A stretch of 64,000 bases of DNA from Nitrospinota bacterium (GTDB lineage: Bacteria; Nitrospinota_A; UBA7883; JADGGD01). Below are positions 1 to 8,055 of the stretch, one piece after another (positions within the stretch are counted from its first letter, which is position 1; every line of letters starts with the position of its first letter). The position numbers and the translations under genes were made by a program. A model generated the notes under the pieces. It was not told the DNA's origin. It searched no databases and was given only the letters and a program-made list of their open reading frames with translations. The stretch is taken from positions 28 through 64,027 of the forward strand of contig CALOCG010000039.1 of NCBI GenBank assembly GCA_942491805.1, in the 5' to 3' direction.

Positions 1-65
1 CGGCTTCATGTCCTCTAAAGTTTTAGGGACAAAAGGGCGATATACACTTCGAGGAGGGTATGATC

Positions 66-275
66 ATGCGGATTACATTGAAAGAGGTCGTTTCACCGAA
101 AAGAGATCCACAAGATACGGCGCCCTTGCCGGTTTCCGGAAAAAGGGGACCATCAGGAATCGGCGTAAAACAAAGGGCCGATCGCCGCAGCAGTGTACGA
201 GACGGGGTTTTTGCCACTCTGTCGACCCGGAAAGACCGCCGCAGCGGCAAGGACCGTCGCAGGCGTCCTTCCTGA
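66..275 (+). CDS. candidate small Arg/Lys-rich protein (69 aa), unknown function
   Basis: In the frame of track ORF 60..275. GGAGG at 53-57 lies 8 nt before the ATG at 66. Product ends DRRSGKDRRRRPS. Third-codon positions are not GC-enriched as in neighbouring genes and no family is recognised, so it may be non-coding. Confidence 0.25.
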   Translation: MRITLKEVVSPKRDPQDTAPLPVSGKRGPSGIGVKQRADRRSSVRDGVFATLSTRKDRRSGKDRRRRPS

Positions 276-295
276 TAGCCGATTGGGACACAGGC

Positions 296-719
296 TTAGT
301 TAGATCTAGTCGGATTACCGATTAACTTCTGCCCTGGACGAAGCGTACCTTTTTTGCCGGAGGTTGTTGTCCGTGCGCAGTTGATCGATGGTAACCTGAT
401 AGCGACGGCCGATGCCGTAAAGTGTGTCGCCGGACTTGACGACATGCGTGACGGCATTGGGCTGTTTAACGGTCTTTTGCGCGGTTTGTTTTTCCGGCGG
501 TCGTGCTGCGGCCGGTTTGGGGGGTGCGACAGAAGGGGTCTTGCTCAGTTGATCCATGCGCTGCGATAGTGATGCTTCCATCCGGTTCAGCTTTTCAACG
601 GCCTGCAGATAAGATTGGCCGTCTTTTTCGAGTGTCTGCAAGCGTTCCTCGATCCCGTTCAATTCCATCAGCTGTTTCTCCAGGGCAGCGACACGGTCCT
701 GGAAGTCATGGTCCACCAA
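296..719 (-). CDS. LysM peptidoglycan-binding domain protein with coiled-coil N-terminus (3' end frameshifted)
   Basis: Track ORF 315..719 has heptad-like 'AALEKQLMELNGIEERLQTLEK' and then the LysM start 'VVKSGDTLYGIGRRYQVTIDQLRTDNNL'. The canonical LysM ending 'GTLRPGQKLI' is in the adjacent frame after a T6 run (350-355), with its stop at 296-298. The span is 424 nt (3n+1). Confidence 0.7.
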
Positions 720-746
720 GTTTACCGGCGGGCTCTGGGCGTGCCC

Positions 747-995
747 CTAAACCATATCGCCATTAGGACTCAAGCGATTCCGACCAGAAGCAAGGGGAGG
801 ATGAACCGCACGCTCGGGAGCGGCTTTCAGACTGCGATAGCTCTGATTTTCCAAATATTCCTCATCAGGAATCTTCTCTGAGTTGCTGTCAAAGTAAGGG
901 CTGTTCATCTCTTGGTTCCCGTTGGCTTGACCTGCGTTGGCTGCACTGGACCGGAAGGGTTCCGAGGTGAGGGCATTGGCGATCCTGCCTTTCAT
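747..995 (-). CDS. hypothetical 82-aa ORF in the same frame as the LysM gene, separated from it by a single TAG
   Basis: Track ORF with no recognisable domain and no clear SD. Its stop (747-749) is followed by 9 sense codons and then the LysM ORF start, all in one frame. Confidence 0.3.
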   Translation of the reverse strand: MKGRIANALTSEPFRSSAANAGQANGNQEMNSPYFDSNSEKIPDEEYLENQSYRSLKAAPERAVHPPLASGRNRLSPNGDMV

Positions 996-1145
996 AAACT
1001 GGTGTGCTGTTCTCGATCGATTAAAACTGATCGCGACAAGCCGGTCGGGATCATCATCCCATCAATAAAGACAAGATTCGTTCGTCCAATTATTCCCACG
1101 CCGGTGGTAAATGAGAGGCATCTTATGGCCATTGCATATTGTGAG

Positions 1146-2672
1146 TCAAGCGTAAATCGATACAATATGTAGTAGATTAGACCGGGGAAGAGGATTGTTT
1201 TTCAGACACGGCAGGCAATCATGAAAAACAGAGCCACGAGGCGGAGTTTCACCCAGGCGAACTGAGACAACATCGGGAAGATTACGACGGCCGTTCCGTT
1301 GCACCGGCTCGCCGAAACATCCAGAAAACATATACCAGCACAACCGCAAGTGCGGCGATGAAGCGCCCATGGGAACCATCCCACAGCAGCCGTAGAAAGC
1401 CGCTTCTTCGAGCTTTTCCCGTGTTGCTCCCATAACAGCCGGCGTCATGGTCGACCCCAGACCGCCCACCAGGAGCGAGTAAAGTACCCCGACAATGCCA
1501 TAGGCGAGGTTCATGGAGAGGCCTTTAAAGCTGAGCACCGTGGCGCGTTGATCAGACGTCGTGATCCGGTTCAGATAATGGCTCTGGAAAAACCGGAGCA
1601 AATACATGGTGCTTGAAATCAACACAATCGGGATGACACCCACCAGGGTCGGTAAAAACAGTGCCATACCCGCCAGGCCGATGAGGGCCGGCACCGTCAT
1701 CACGATCAGGTTGAACAGCGGCGTCCGTTTTTCCGCCAAAATCAGGGCCAGACGTGGAACGAACAACCCCATAACGGCAATGGCCGATCCGATCAGGCCG
1801 AAAGATGCCTCTGGAAGATGGATGAGCCGGTAACAGCGACTGGTCAGGGTTGCGGCCATGCGGAGGCAGCTGTCGAAAACAACACCGATAAGGATGATCA
1901 CCATCGCAAAAGGGGTCTTCAATATCCAGTTGCCGGCCTTAAGGGTGAGCTTGAAAGCCCGGAGGGCTCTCCTGCCGCTGCCGATCACAATGTTTAGTGG
2001 CCGACCGGAAGGGGAGGGGCGGACCTCACGCATCAGAAGCGCGGTCAACAATGTCAGAACAGCCATCCCAAGCGTCAGAAACACCGGCAAGCGCAGAGTT
2101 AATTCCCGGGACACGGTAAAATCGAGACCAAAGAAGTCGATAATCCGCTGCATAAGGGCCGGGTCGTAAACCGCTGCTCCCAGGCTCATAGCCATCAGGA
2201 AGGCGGCTGCCTGCATGCGCATCTGCTTTTCCAGCACCTGCCCCCATTTTGTCTCACAACCTTCCTCTTGAAGTGAATCGTAGGCCAGCGCCTCGTCGGC
2301 ACCGCTGGCGGCGGCTTCTGCCGCCCCGCTTAGAATGCGATTCAGCAGAAAGACGCCGAAGAGAATGTTCGCGTTTCCCCGTGGTACGAAGCACAGCAGC
2401 GCCATTTCCATCACCATGAGAATACCCGTGAAAACCAACAGATTCCGGCGACCCAACGTGTCGGCCAGCGCACCCGACGGCACCTCGAGCAGTACGATCG
2501 TGACGGCCCATGCGACGTTGAGCAGCGCGAACTGCTCGAGGGTCAGGCCGAAGTCCAGAAAAAGAATCGTGAAAATGGGGTAGTAAAAACGGGCGTTGAA
2601 AAAAATCCGGAACAAGATGAACAACCGGACGTTTCTAATTGAAAAAGGCGAGACCATGGGCGTGTGGTTCAC
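1146..2672 (-). CDS. MFS transporter (C-terminal frame break; true stop probably 1282-1284)
   Basis: About 11 hydrophobic helices and an MFS motif-A-like loop 'SGALADTLGRRNLL'. After about residue 415 the track frame becomes non-protein-like. Another frame gives a plausible last helix 'GRFIAALAVVLVYVFWMFRRAG' ending at 1282. Confidence 0.8.
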   Translation of the reverse strand: MNHTPMVSPFSIRNVRLFILFRIFFNARFYYPIFTILFLDFGLTLEQFALLNVAWAVTIVLLEVPSGALADTLGRRNLLVFTGILMVMEMALLCFVPRGNANILFGVFLLNRILSGAAEAAASGADEALAYDSLQEEGCETKWGQVLEKQMRMQAAAFLMAMSLGAAVYDPALMQRIIDFFGLDFTVSRELTLRLPVFLTLGMAVLTLLTALLMREVRPSPSGRPLNIVIGSGRRALRAFKLTLKAGNWILKTPFAMVIILIGVVFDSCLRMAATLTSRCYRLIHLPEASFGLIGSAIAVMGLFVPRLALILAEKRTPLFNLIVMTVPALIGLAGMALFLPTLVGVIPIVLISSTMYLLRFFQSHYLNRITTSDQRATVLSFKGLSMNLAYGIVGVLYSLLVGGLGSTMTPAVMGATREKLEEAAFYGCCGMVPMGASSPHLRLCWYMFSGCFGEPVQRNGRRNLPDVVSVRLGETPPRGSVFHDCLPCLKNNPLPRSNLLHIVSIYA

Positions 2673-2903
2673 GGTACCCTTCCGTATTGACGAACGAGCC
2701 TGCGGCAGATTTCTCTCGTGTCAGGGTTTCATGGACTTTACACCAGTAGATGACAATTGCCGAGTAAAAAAACACGGTACCGGGTTGCACAGAACCGTCA
2801 CGCTCCCAGAATTCTTCTGTTCGGATGACTGTTTGAGTTCAGCACTGCCTCTGGCAGCAAGCCTCCAGTTTGATCGAAGAGGAAACTTTTAAGTTTCGGT
2901 GAA

Positions 2904-3014
2904 AAATCCCAAATCGCAAATAACAAATAACAAACAAATCCCAATGACCAAAATTCAAAATGACAAACCTGTTTGGGTCATTGGATATTGAGATTTCGGA
3001 TTTCATTGGGATTT
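2904..3014. repeat. cluster of five AAATCC(C/G)AA boxes in both orientations within an AT-rich spacer
   Basis: AAATCCCAAATC at 2904-2915 and AAATCCCAATGA at 2936-2947. Inverted copies: GGGTCATTGGAT 2975-2986, GATTTCGGATTT 2992-3003, and TCATTGGGATTT 3003-3014, which is the exact reverse complement of 2936-2947. Confidence 0.6.
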
Positions 3015-3179
3015 GGTGCTTGAAATTTGACATTTCTGAAGTCTCAATACCCGGGATACTTTCCCTTCGAAGATCACCTTTTTATTGAGTATCCTACCGT
3101 TAGGTTTCATGTGAGGTCACGCCAACGAGTCGCCAGCTGAGGCTGAAAATGCGGCTCCTGTATATTGGTGCCACAACTC

Positions 3180-4391
3180 TTACATATCGAATGGGATGAA
3201 CACACACCGCCGCTCCACCCAACCGGCAAGCGAGATGGCCGGTATCGAAAACTCAATGATCTCCCCTTCGCCGGCCATCAACGGCGCCACGGCGTGCGTC
3301 AACCCTTTCCGCACCGACCGGAGGATGGCGCCTGCCGCCAGCAGATGCGGGTCGGCGATGATGTCGAGCCCGATGGCGTTCATCACCGGAAGGAAGGCCG
3401 GTTCGTCGGTGATGGCCACCACCCGCTTGGCGCCGAGTCGTTTGGCCAAAAGGCTCGTCATGACGTTGGTCTTGGCGTCGTCGGTGGCGGCGATGAAGAC
3501 CGACTGACGGGCCAGATCGAATTCTCGCAACGCTTCGGGGCTGTCGGTGACGTCGACTTTGAGCACCCGCAACCCGGAGAGAGCCTCGGCGGCGTGGCGG
3601 GCTTTTTCTTCGTCGGGCTCAAGCATGGTCACTTCCTTCCCTTTGGCGAGGAAGGCTTCGGCCACTTTCATCCCGATGCGCGACGCCCCGAGGATGAGCA
3701 TCTCTTTGGCTTCGTCGACGCCGCTACCGAAGAGGGGGCGGACCAGGTCGAGGGTGGCGGCGGCGGTCAGTATCCAGACCTTGTCGCCGACCAGCATGCT
3801 GTCTTGCCCGCCGGGGACGGTGAAACGGTTCTCGCGGTAGAGCCCGATGACGAGAAAATAGTCGAGCCCATATTTCCCCCGCAACTCGGCCAGCGTCATC
3901 CCGGCCAGGGAGGTCGTCTCGCCGACGGTGAAACCGACGAGGGCCACCTCGCCGTCGGCGAAAAGGGCGTAGTCGAAGGCGCCTTGTATGCTGATGACCG
4001 CCTCAAGAAAGGCGACGGTCTCGACTTCGGGGTGGATGAGGACGTCGATGCCGACGTCTTCTTTGGTCAACGCGCCGGGGGCGAACCATTTTTCGTTCCG
4101 TATCCGGGCGATGCGGCGCCCCACGCCGATCCGTCGGGCCAAGAGGCAAAGGGCCAGGTTGGTCTCGTCCGATTCGGTGACGGTGACTAAAGCGTCGGCC
4201 CCTTCGCAGACCTGCATAAAGAGGGTCAGGTCGCGGGCGTCTCCGGCGACGGCGGAGATATCGACCTGATCGGCCAAGGCCGACAGGGCGGCGCCGTCCC
4301 GTTCCACGACCACCAGGTCGTGGCCGATACGGGAAAGCTCTCGGGCGAGGCGTCGGCCGACACGGCCTGCGCCGACGATGACGAATTTCAT
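3180..4391 (-). CDS. trkA: Trk potassium-uptake system NAD-binding subunit TrkA (second C-terminal domain truncated or frame-broken)
   Basis: 'MKFVIVGAGRVGRRLARELS' Rossmann motif, a duplicated TrkA_N/TrkA_C layout, and a second 'ILGASRIGMKVAE' NAD site. The ORF stops inside the last TrkA_C domain. The missing part can be read piecewise in other frames down to about 3100. Confidence 0.85.
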   Translation of the reverse strand: MKFVIVGAGRVGRRLARELSRIGHDLVVVERDGAALSALADQVDISAVAGDARDLTLFMQVCEGADALVTVTESDETNLALCLLARRIGVGRRIARIRNEKWFAPGALTKEDVGIDVLIHPEVETVAFLEAVISIQGAFDYALFADGEVALVGFTVGETTSLAGMTLAELRGKYGLDYFLVIGLYRENRFTVPGGQDSMLVGDKVWILTAAATLDLVRPLFGSGVDEAKEMLILGASRIGMKVAEAFLAKGKEVTMLEPDEEKARHAAEALSGLRVLKVDVTDSPEALREFDLARQSVFIAATDDAKTNVMTSLLAKRLGAKRVVAITDEPAFLPVMNAIGLDIIADPHLLAAGAILRSVRKGLTHAVAPLMAGEGEIIEFSIPAISLAGWVERRCVFIPFDM

Positions 4392-4505
4392 CGGTTCCTT
4401 TCGTGAGCGGAAAGACCCCTAAGGGGCATCAAAGAGAATTACCATGACCCGCCTGTCGATTCCAGCGATTTCCCCCGACGTCGCAATAGGCTAGAATGAG
4501 GGATC

Positions 4506-5141
4506 ATGAACCGAGCCGACCAAAACCCCCGCGTCAACCGTCGCCAGATGTTCGGCCAATCGGCCGGATTCTTGGGCGAACTGGTGGGGCAGTTCATCGG
4601 CGCGGTGGAGGAGACCAAGGCCAATCTCGCCGAAGGGGTTAACGAACCCTACTCTCTCGACCCGTCGCGGGGGCTTTTGCGTCCCCCCGGCGCCGTGGGG
4701 GAGAACGATTTCCGTCGACTTTGCGATTCTTGCGACGCCTGTATCAAGGCCTGCCCGGAAGATGTTCTGTTCCGCGCTCCCGCCGGCTCCGTCGACGACG
4801 CCGGACGGCCGATCTTCGATCCGTCGCGAAAAGCCTGCTTCGTCTGTTCCGAACTTCACTGCATCGGCGCCTGCGACCGGGGCGCCCTTGTCCGCCCCGA
4901 ATCGGTGATGCGCCTTGCCATGGGGAAAGCCCGGATCGACCCGTCGGTCTGCGTGGCCCACGAAGGGGTCGCCTGCTCGGCCTGCGCCGCTTCGTGCCCC
5001 TTGCCGGAACCGGCCATCGTCATGCTGGGGGAGTTTCCGCTGGTGAAAGCCCTGGAATGCGTCGGCTGCGGGTTGTGCGAAGAGACCTGCCACACCGCCA
5101 CCGGCAGGCGGGCTATCGTCACGCTGGCCCGGTTGGCGTGA
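4506..5141 (+). CDS. NapF-like 4Fe-4S ferredoxin-type protein
   Basis: Four Cys clusters (CDSCDACIKACP, CFVCSELHCIGAC, CVAHEGVACSACAASCP, CVGCGLCEETC) and an N-terminal 'NRRQMF' twin-arginine-like motif. Confidence 0.75.
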   Translation: MNRADQNPRVNRRQMFGQSAGFLGELVGQFIGAVEETKANLAEGVNEPYSLDPSRGLLRPPGAVGENDFRRLCDSCDACIKACPEDVLFRAPAGSVDDAGRPIFDPSRKACFVCSELHCIGACDRGALVRPESVMRLAMGKARIDPSVCVAHEGVACSACAASCPLPEPAIVMLGEFPLVKALECVGCGLCEETCHTATGRRAIVTLARLA

Positions 5142-6673
5142 CCGACATGATCCAACCGCTCTCCCGCTACGTGGTCATCATCGTCTCCGACACCGCGCGG
5201 CGAGAGCGGATCGAAGCCGCCTTCAACGCCTCCCCCGTCGAGGGACTGGTCCCGTATTGCATCCCGTTGGAACAAGCGGCCCGCGGGGGGATCGAAGAAC
5301 GGCTCACGGCGGCGGCGCTGATCGATTTCGAGCCCGACCCGCAGTTGGCGTTGGCGGCGGCGTTTCATCTCCGCCGGAGCCATCCCCGTCTGGCCATCGC
5401 CGCGCTGGCGCCCTCCCCCGGCTATCCGATTCCGGTGGAGGCGCTCGATCTCGGTCTCGGCCCGTTGGTGACCGACGACGACGATAGTCTGGCAGAGTTC
5501 CCGCAGGTGGCTCTCTCCATGGCCGACGGCGAAGGGGACGACACCACCACCAACCGGGAGTTGCGCCTCCGCCATCAGGAACTGCGCGACATCACCGATT
5601 CGCTGGCCCGTCAGTCGGTCCACCTGATCCGCCTCCGCAACGAGCTGGCGTCGGAAAAGAAAAAGTTCGAGACGGTGGTCAACGGCGCCGCCGACGGCTT
5701 GGCGTTCTACGACACCGACCGACAGCTCGAGTTGGTCAACCCGGTGGCCCGCGATCTCTTCTTCGATCTGGGGGATCAACCGGCCATGCGGCTGGAAGAA
5801 CTGGACGAGCAGTTGCGCCCGCTGCGAACCGAAGACCGAAAAGAGGAAGAGAATCTCTTCGAAATTCGGCTGGCCGGCCGGTCGATGCGGGTGCAGATCA
5901 TCACCGTCACCGATAGCGACGCCCACCCGGCCGGGACGTTGGTCAGTTTCGTCGATGTGACCCGCGACCGGGAATACGAACGGCTCAAAACCGATTTCAC
6001 CAATATGATCTCTCACGAGTTGCGGACCCCGCTCACCTCCATCCGGGCGGCGGTCGATAATTTCTTGCGGGGGAATCTGGGGGAGGTGTCGGAAAAACAG
6101 CGAACCTTCCTCGAACTGATGGCGCGAAATGTCGACCGACAACAGGCGCTCATCGACGATCTCCTCGATCTGGCGAAACTGGAAGCGGGACAGATGGAGC
6201 TTTGCTGCGAAACGACCGACCTGGCCCGGGTGGTGGTCCAGGGGGTGGAGCAATTCACCTTGGCCTATCGGGATAAAGAGATCGACCTGATCGTGAACGC
6301 CCCCGCGCCGATCATGGCGCCGGTCGATCCGTCGCTGATCCATCAGGCGTTGGCCAATCTTCTCTCCAACGCCCTGAAGTTCACCGAAAAGGGGGGCTCG
6401 GTCACCGTCGGGCTCTCGTCGGACGGGACGACGGCGACCCTCTGGGTAGAAGACGACGGGATCGGCATCCCCCCCGAAAAGCAGGCTACAATATTCGACA
6501 AATATACGCAGGCCGACAGCGGGCAACGACGTCGCTACCCCGGCACCGGGTTAGGGCTCGCTATCGTACGACAGATCGCCCGAACCCACGGGGGAGAGGT
6601 GATCGTCCGTTCGGCGCCGGGCGAAGGTTCCCGGTTTACCATGACGATTCCGCTCAACGAGGAGACTCGATGA
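5138..6673 (+). CDS. soluble sensor histidine kinase (receiver-like N-domain, PAS, HisKA, HATPase_c)
   Basis: The real start is GTG 5138 or ATG 5147 inside track ORF 4721..6673; the upstream part of that ORF overlaps the ferredoxin gene. H-box 'ISHELRTPLTSI', 'LSNALKFT' N-box and 'GTGLGLAIV' G2 box. No hydrophobic segments. Confidence 0.85.
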   Translation: MTDMIQPLSRYVVIIVSDTARRERIEAAFNASPVEGLVPYCIPLEQAARGGIEERLTAAALIDFEPDPQLALAAAFHLRRSHPRLAIAALAPSPGYPIPVEALDLGLGPLVTDDDDSLAEFPQVALSMADGEGDDTTTNRELRLRHQELRDITDSLARQSVHLIRLRNELASEKKKFETVVNGAADGLAFYDTDRQLELVNPVARDLFFDLGDQPAMRLEELDEQLRPLRTEDRKEEENLFEIRLAGRSMRVQIITVTDSDAHPAGTLVSFVDVTRDREYERLKTDFTNMISHELRTPLTSIRAAVDNFLRGNLGEVSEKQRTFLELMARNVDRQQALIDDLLDLAKLEAGQMELCCETTDLARVVVQGVEQFTLAYRDKEIDLIVNAPAPIMAPVDPSLIHQALANLLSNALKFTEKGGSVTVGLSSDGTTATLWVEDDGIGIPPEKQATIFDKYTQADSGQRRRYPGTGLGLAIVRQIARTHGGEVIVRSAPGEGSRFTMTIPLNEETR

Positions 6674-8055
6674 ACCAACCGCACATCGTTATCATCGACG
6701 ACGACGACGATATCCGCCTTAACCTCGAAGCCACGCTGGGAGGGGCCGGCTATCGGACCACCTCGGCCGCCAGCGGCCAACAGGCGTTGGAGATCCTCCG
6801 CGCCATGGGCGCCGACCTGGTGCTGCTCGACATCATGATGCCCGACATGGACGGGCACGAAGTCTTGCGCCACATCCGATCCGACGAAAAGCTCGCCCGT
6901 ACGGCGGTGGTCTTCGCGTCGGCGTTGCGGAAAACCTCCGACAAGGTCGAAGGGCTCGATCTGGGCGCCGACGACTACATCACCAAGCCGTACAACATCG
7001 ACGAACTGCTGGCCAAACTGCGCGCGGTCTTTCGGGTGCGGGAATACCAACGCCGTCTGGAACGGCTGGTGACCTTCGCCCGCGCCATGAACACCCTCGA
7101 CGACACCGAACTGAAACAGGCCATCGAACGCTTCTTGCCGGTGGTCGTCCCCCTCTCCCTCTTTTCGATTTTCGTCACCTCCCCCGACCACACCGGCTTC
7201 AAGCTCTTCGCCCACAACCATATGGAAGCGATCGGCGACGAGTTGAACCTGACCGCCGAAGATTCCCCCCTCATGCGCCAAGCCCTCGATACGGGAGAGC
7301 GGGTGATCGTAGAGAATTTTCCCGCTTCCCCCTACGCCCATGGCGACGACCGGGCCGGAAAATATACCGACCCCTTCGCTCTCTGCCAACCCATGAAGGT
7401 GGGGGGTAACGTGGTGGGGACCCTCAACCTCGCCTGCGTCGGCAAGGGGGGGGTCTCGTCGTCCGATCTCGACATCGTCGCCCTCGTCGGCGAGATGATC
7501 GGGGCTTCACTGGCCAATCTGGCCAGCCACACCGAGCAAAAAAGGCTCGCCACCACCGACGGACTGACACGGGTCACCAATCACCGATCCTTTCAAGAGC
7601 GGCTTCTCGCCGAGCTGGAGCGGACCATGCGCTCGGGACGCCCGCTGACGCTGGTCCTGATCGATATCGACTTTTTCAAGAAGATCAACGATACCCACGG
7701 GCATCTGGCTGGCGACGCGGCGTTGGTCGGACTGGCTGCGGCGTTGAAGGGGGAGATCCGTATCGTCGATACGGTGGCCCGCTACGGCGGCGAGGAGTTC
7801 GCCCTGCTGCTGCCGGAGACGCCGCTCGACGAGGCTATTCGGGTCTGCGAACGTATCCGCGAAAGGGCGTCCAGCCTCACCTTCGACGGCCCCGACGGCC
7901 CCTTCTCCTTTACCATCTCCCTCGGCGTCACCGACACCACCTGCGGCGAAATAAAAAAACCGACCGACCTGATCGGACTGGCCGACGAGGCCCTCTACGC
8001 CGCCAAAGAGGGGGGACGCGACAAAACCGTTCGCGCCGACGGAAAGCCGGTATGA
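6670..8055 (+). CDS. response regulator with REC-GAF-GGDEF domains (diguanylate cyclase)
   Basis: REC 'IVIIDDDDDIRLNL...LLDIMMPDMDG', a central GAF-like region, and 'RYGGEEFALLL' with RxxD (RIVD) at I-site spacing. ATGA overlap with the upstream kinase. Confidence 0.9.
   Translation: MNQPHIVIIDDDDDIRLNLEATLGGAGYRTTSAASGQQALEILRAMGADLVLLDIMMPDMDGHEVLRHIRSDEKLARTAVVFASALRKTSDKVEGLDLGADDYITKPYNIDELLAKLRAVFRVREYQRRLERLVTFARAMNTLDDTELKQAIERFLPVVVPLSLFSIFVTSPDHTGFKLFAHNHMEAIGDELNLTAEDSPLMRQALDTGERVIVENFPASPYAHGDDRAGKYTDPFALCQPMKVGGNVVGTLNLACVGKGGVSSSDLDIVALVGEMIGASLANLASHTEQKRLATTDGLTRVTNHRSFQERLLAELERTMRSGRPLTLVLIDIDFFKKINDTHGHLAGDAALVGLAAALKGEIRIVDTVARYGGEEFALLLPETPLDEAIRVCERIRERASSLTFDGPDGPFSFTISLGVTDTTCGEIKKPTDLIGLADEALYAAKEGGRDKTVRADGKPV

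Noticed and set aside
1-20. A minus-strand gene start at the window edge (ATG at 9-7 preceded by AGAGGA)
   Set aside because: The SD-like purine run ends only 1-2 nt before the ATG, which is too close, and only three codons are visible. This cannot be supported.
1-300. Short resemblances on the plus strand to tmRNA (AGAGGTC....AAAAGAGATC) and to a cobalamin-riboswitch B12 box (ACCCGGAAAGACCGCC, GCCACTCTG)
   Set aside because: No tRNA-like 3' domain (no GGTTCGA T-arm or CCA end) follows, so it is not tmRNA. The B12-box-like segment lacks the other conserved riboswitch blocks. It has no downstream plus-strand gene, since the next gene is the convergent LysM gene.
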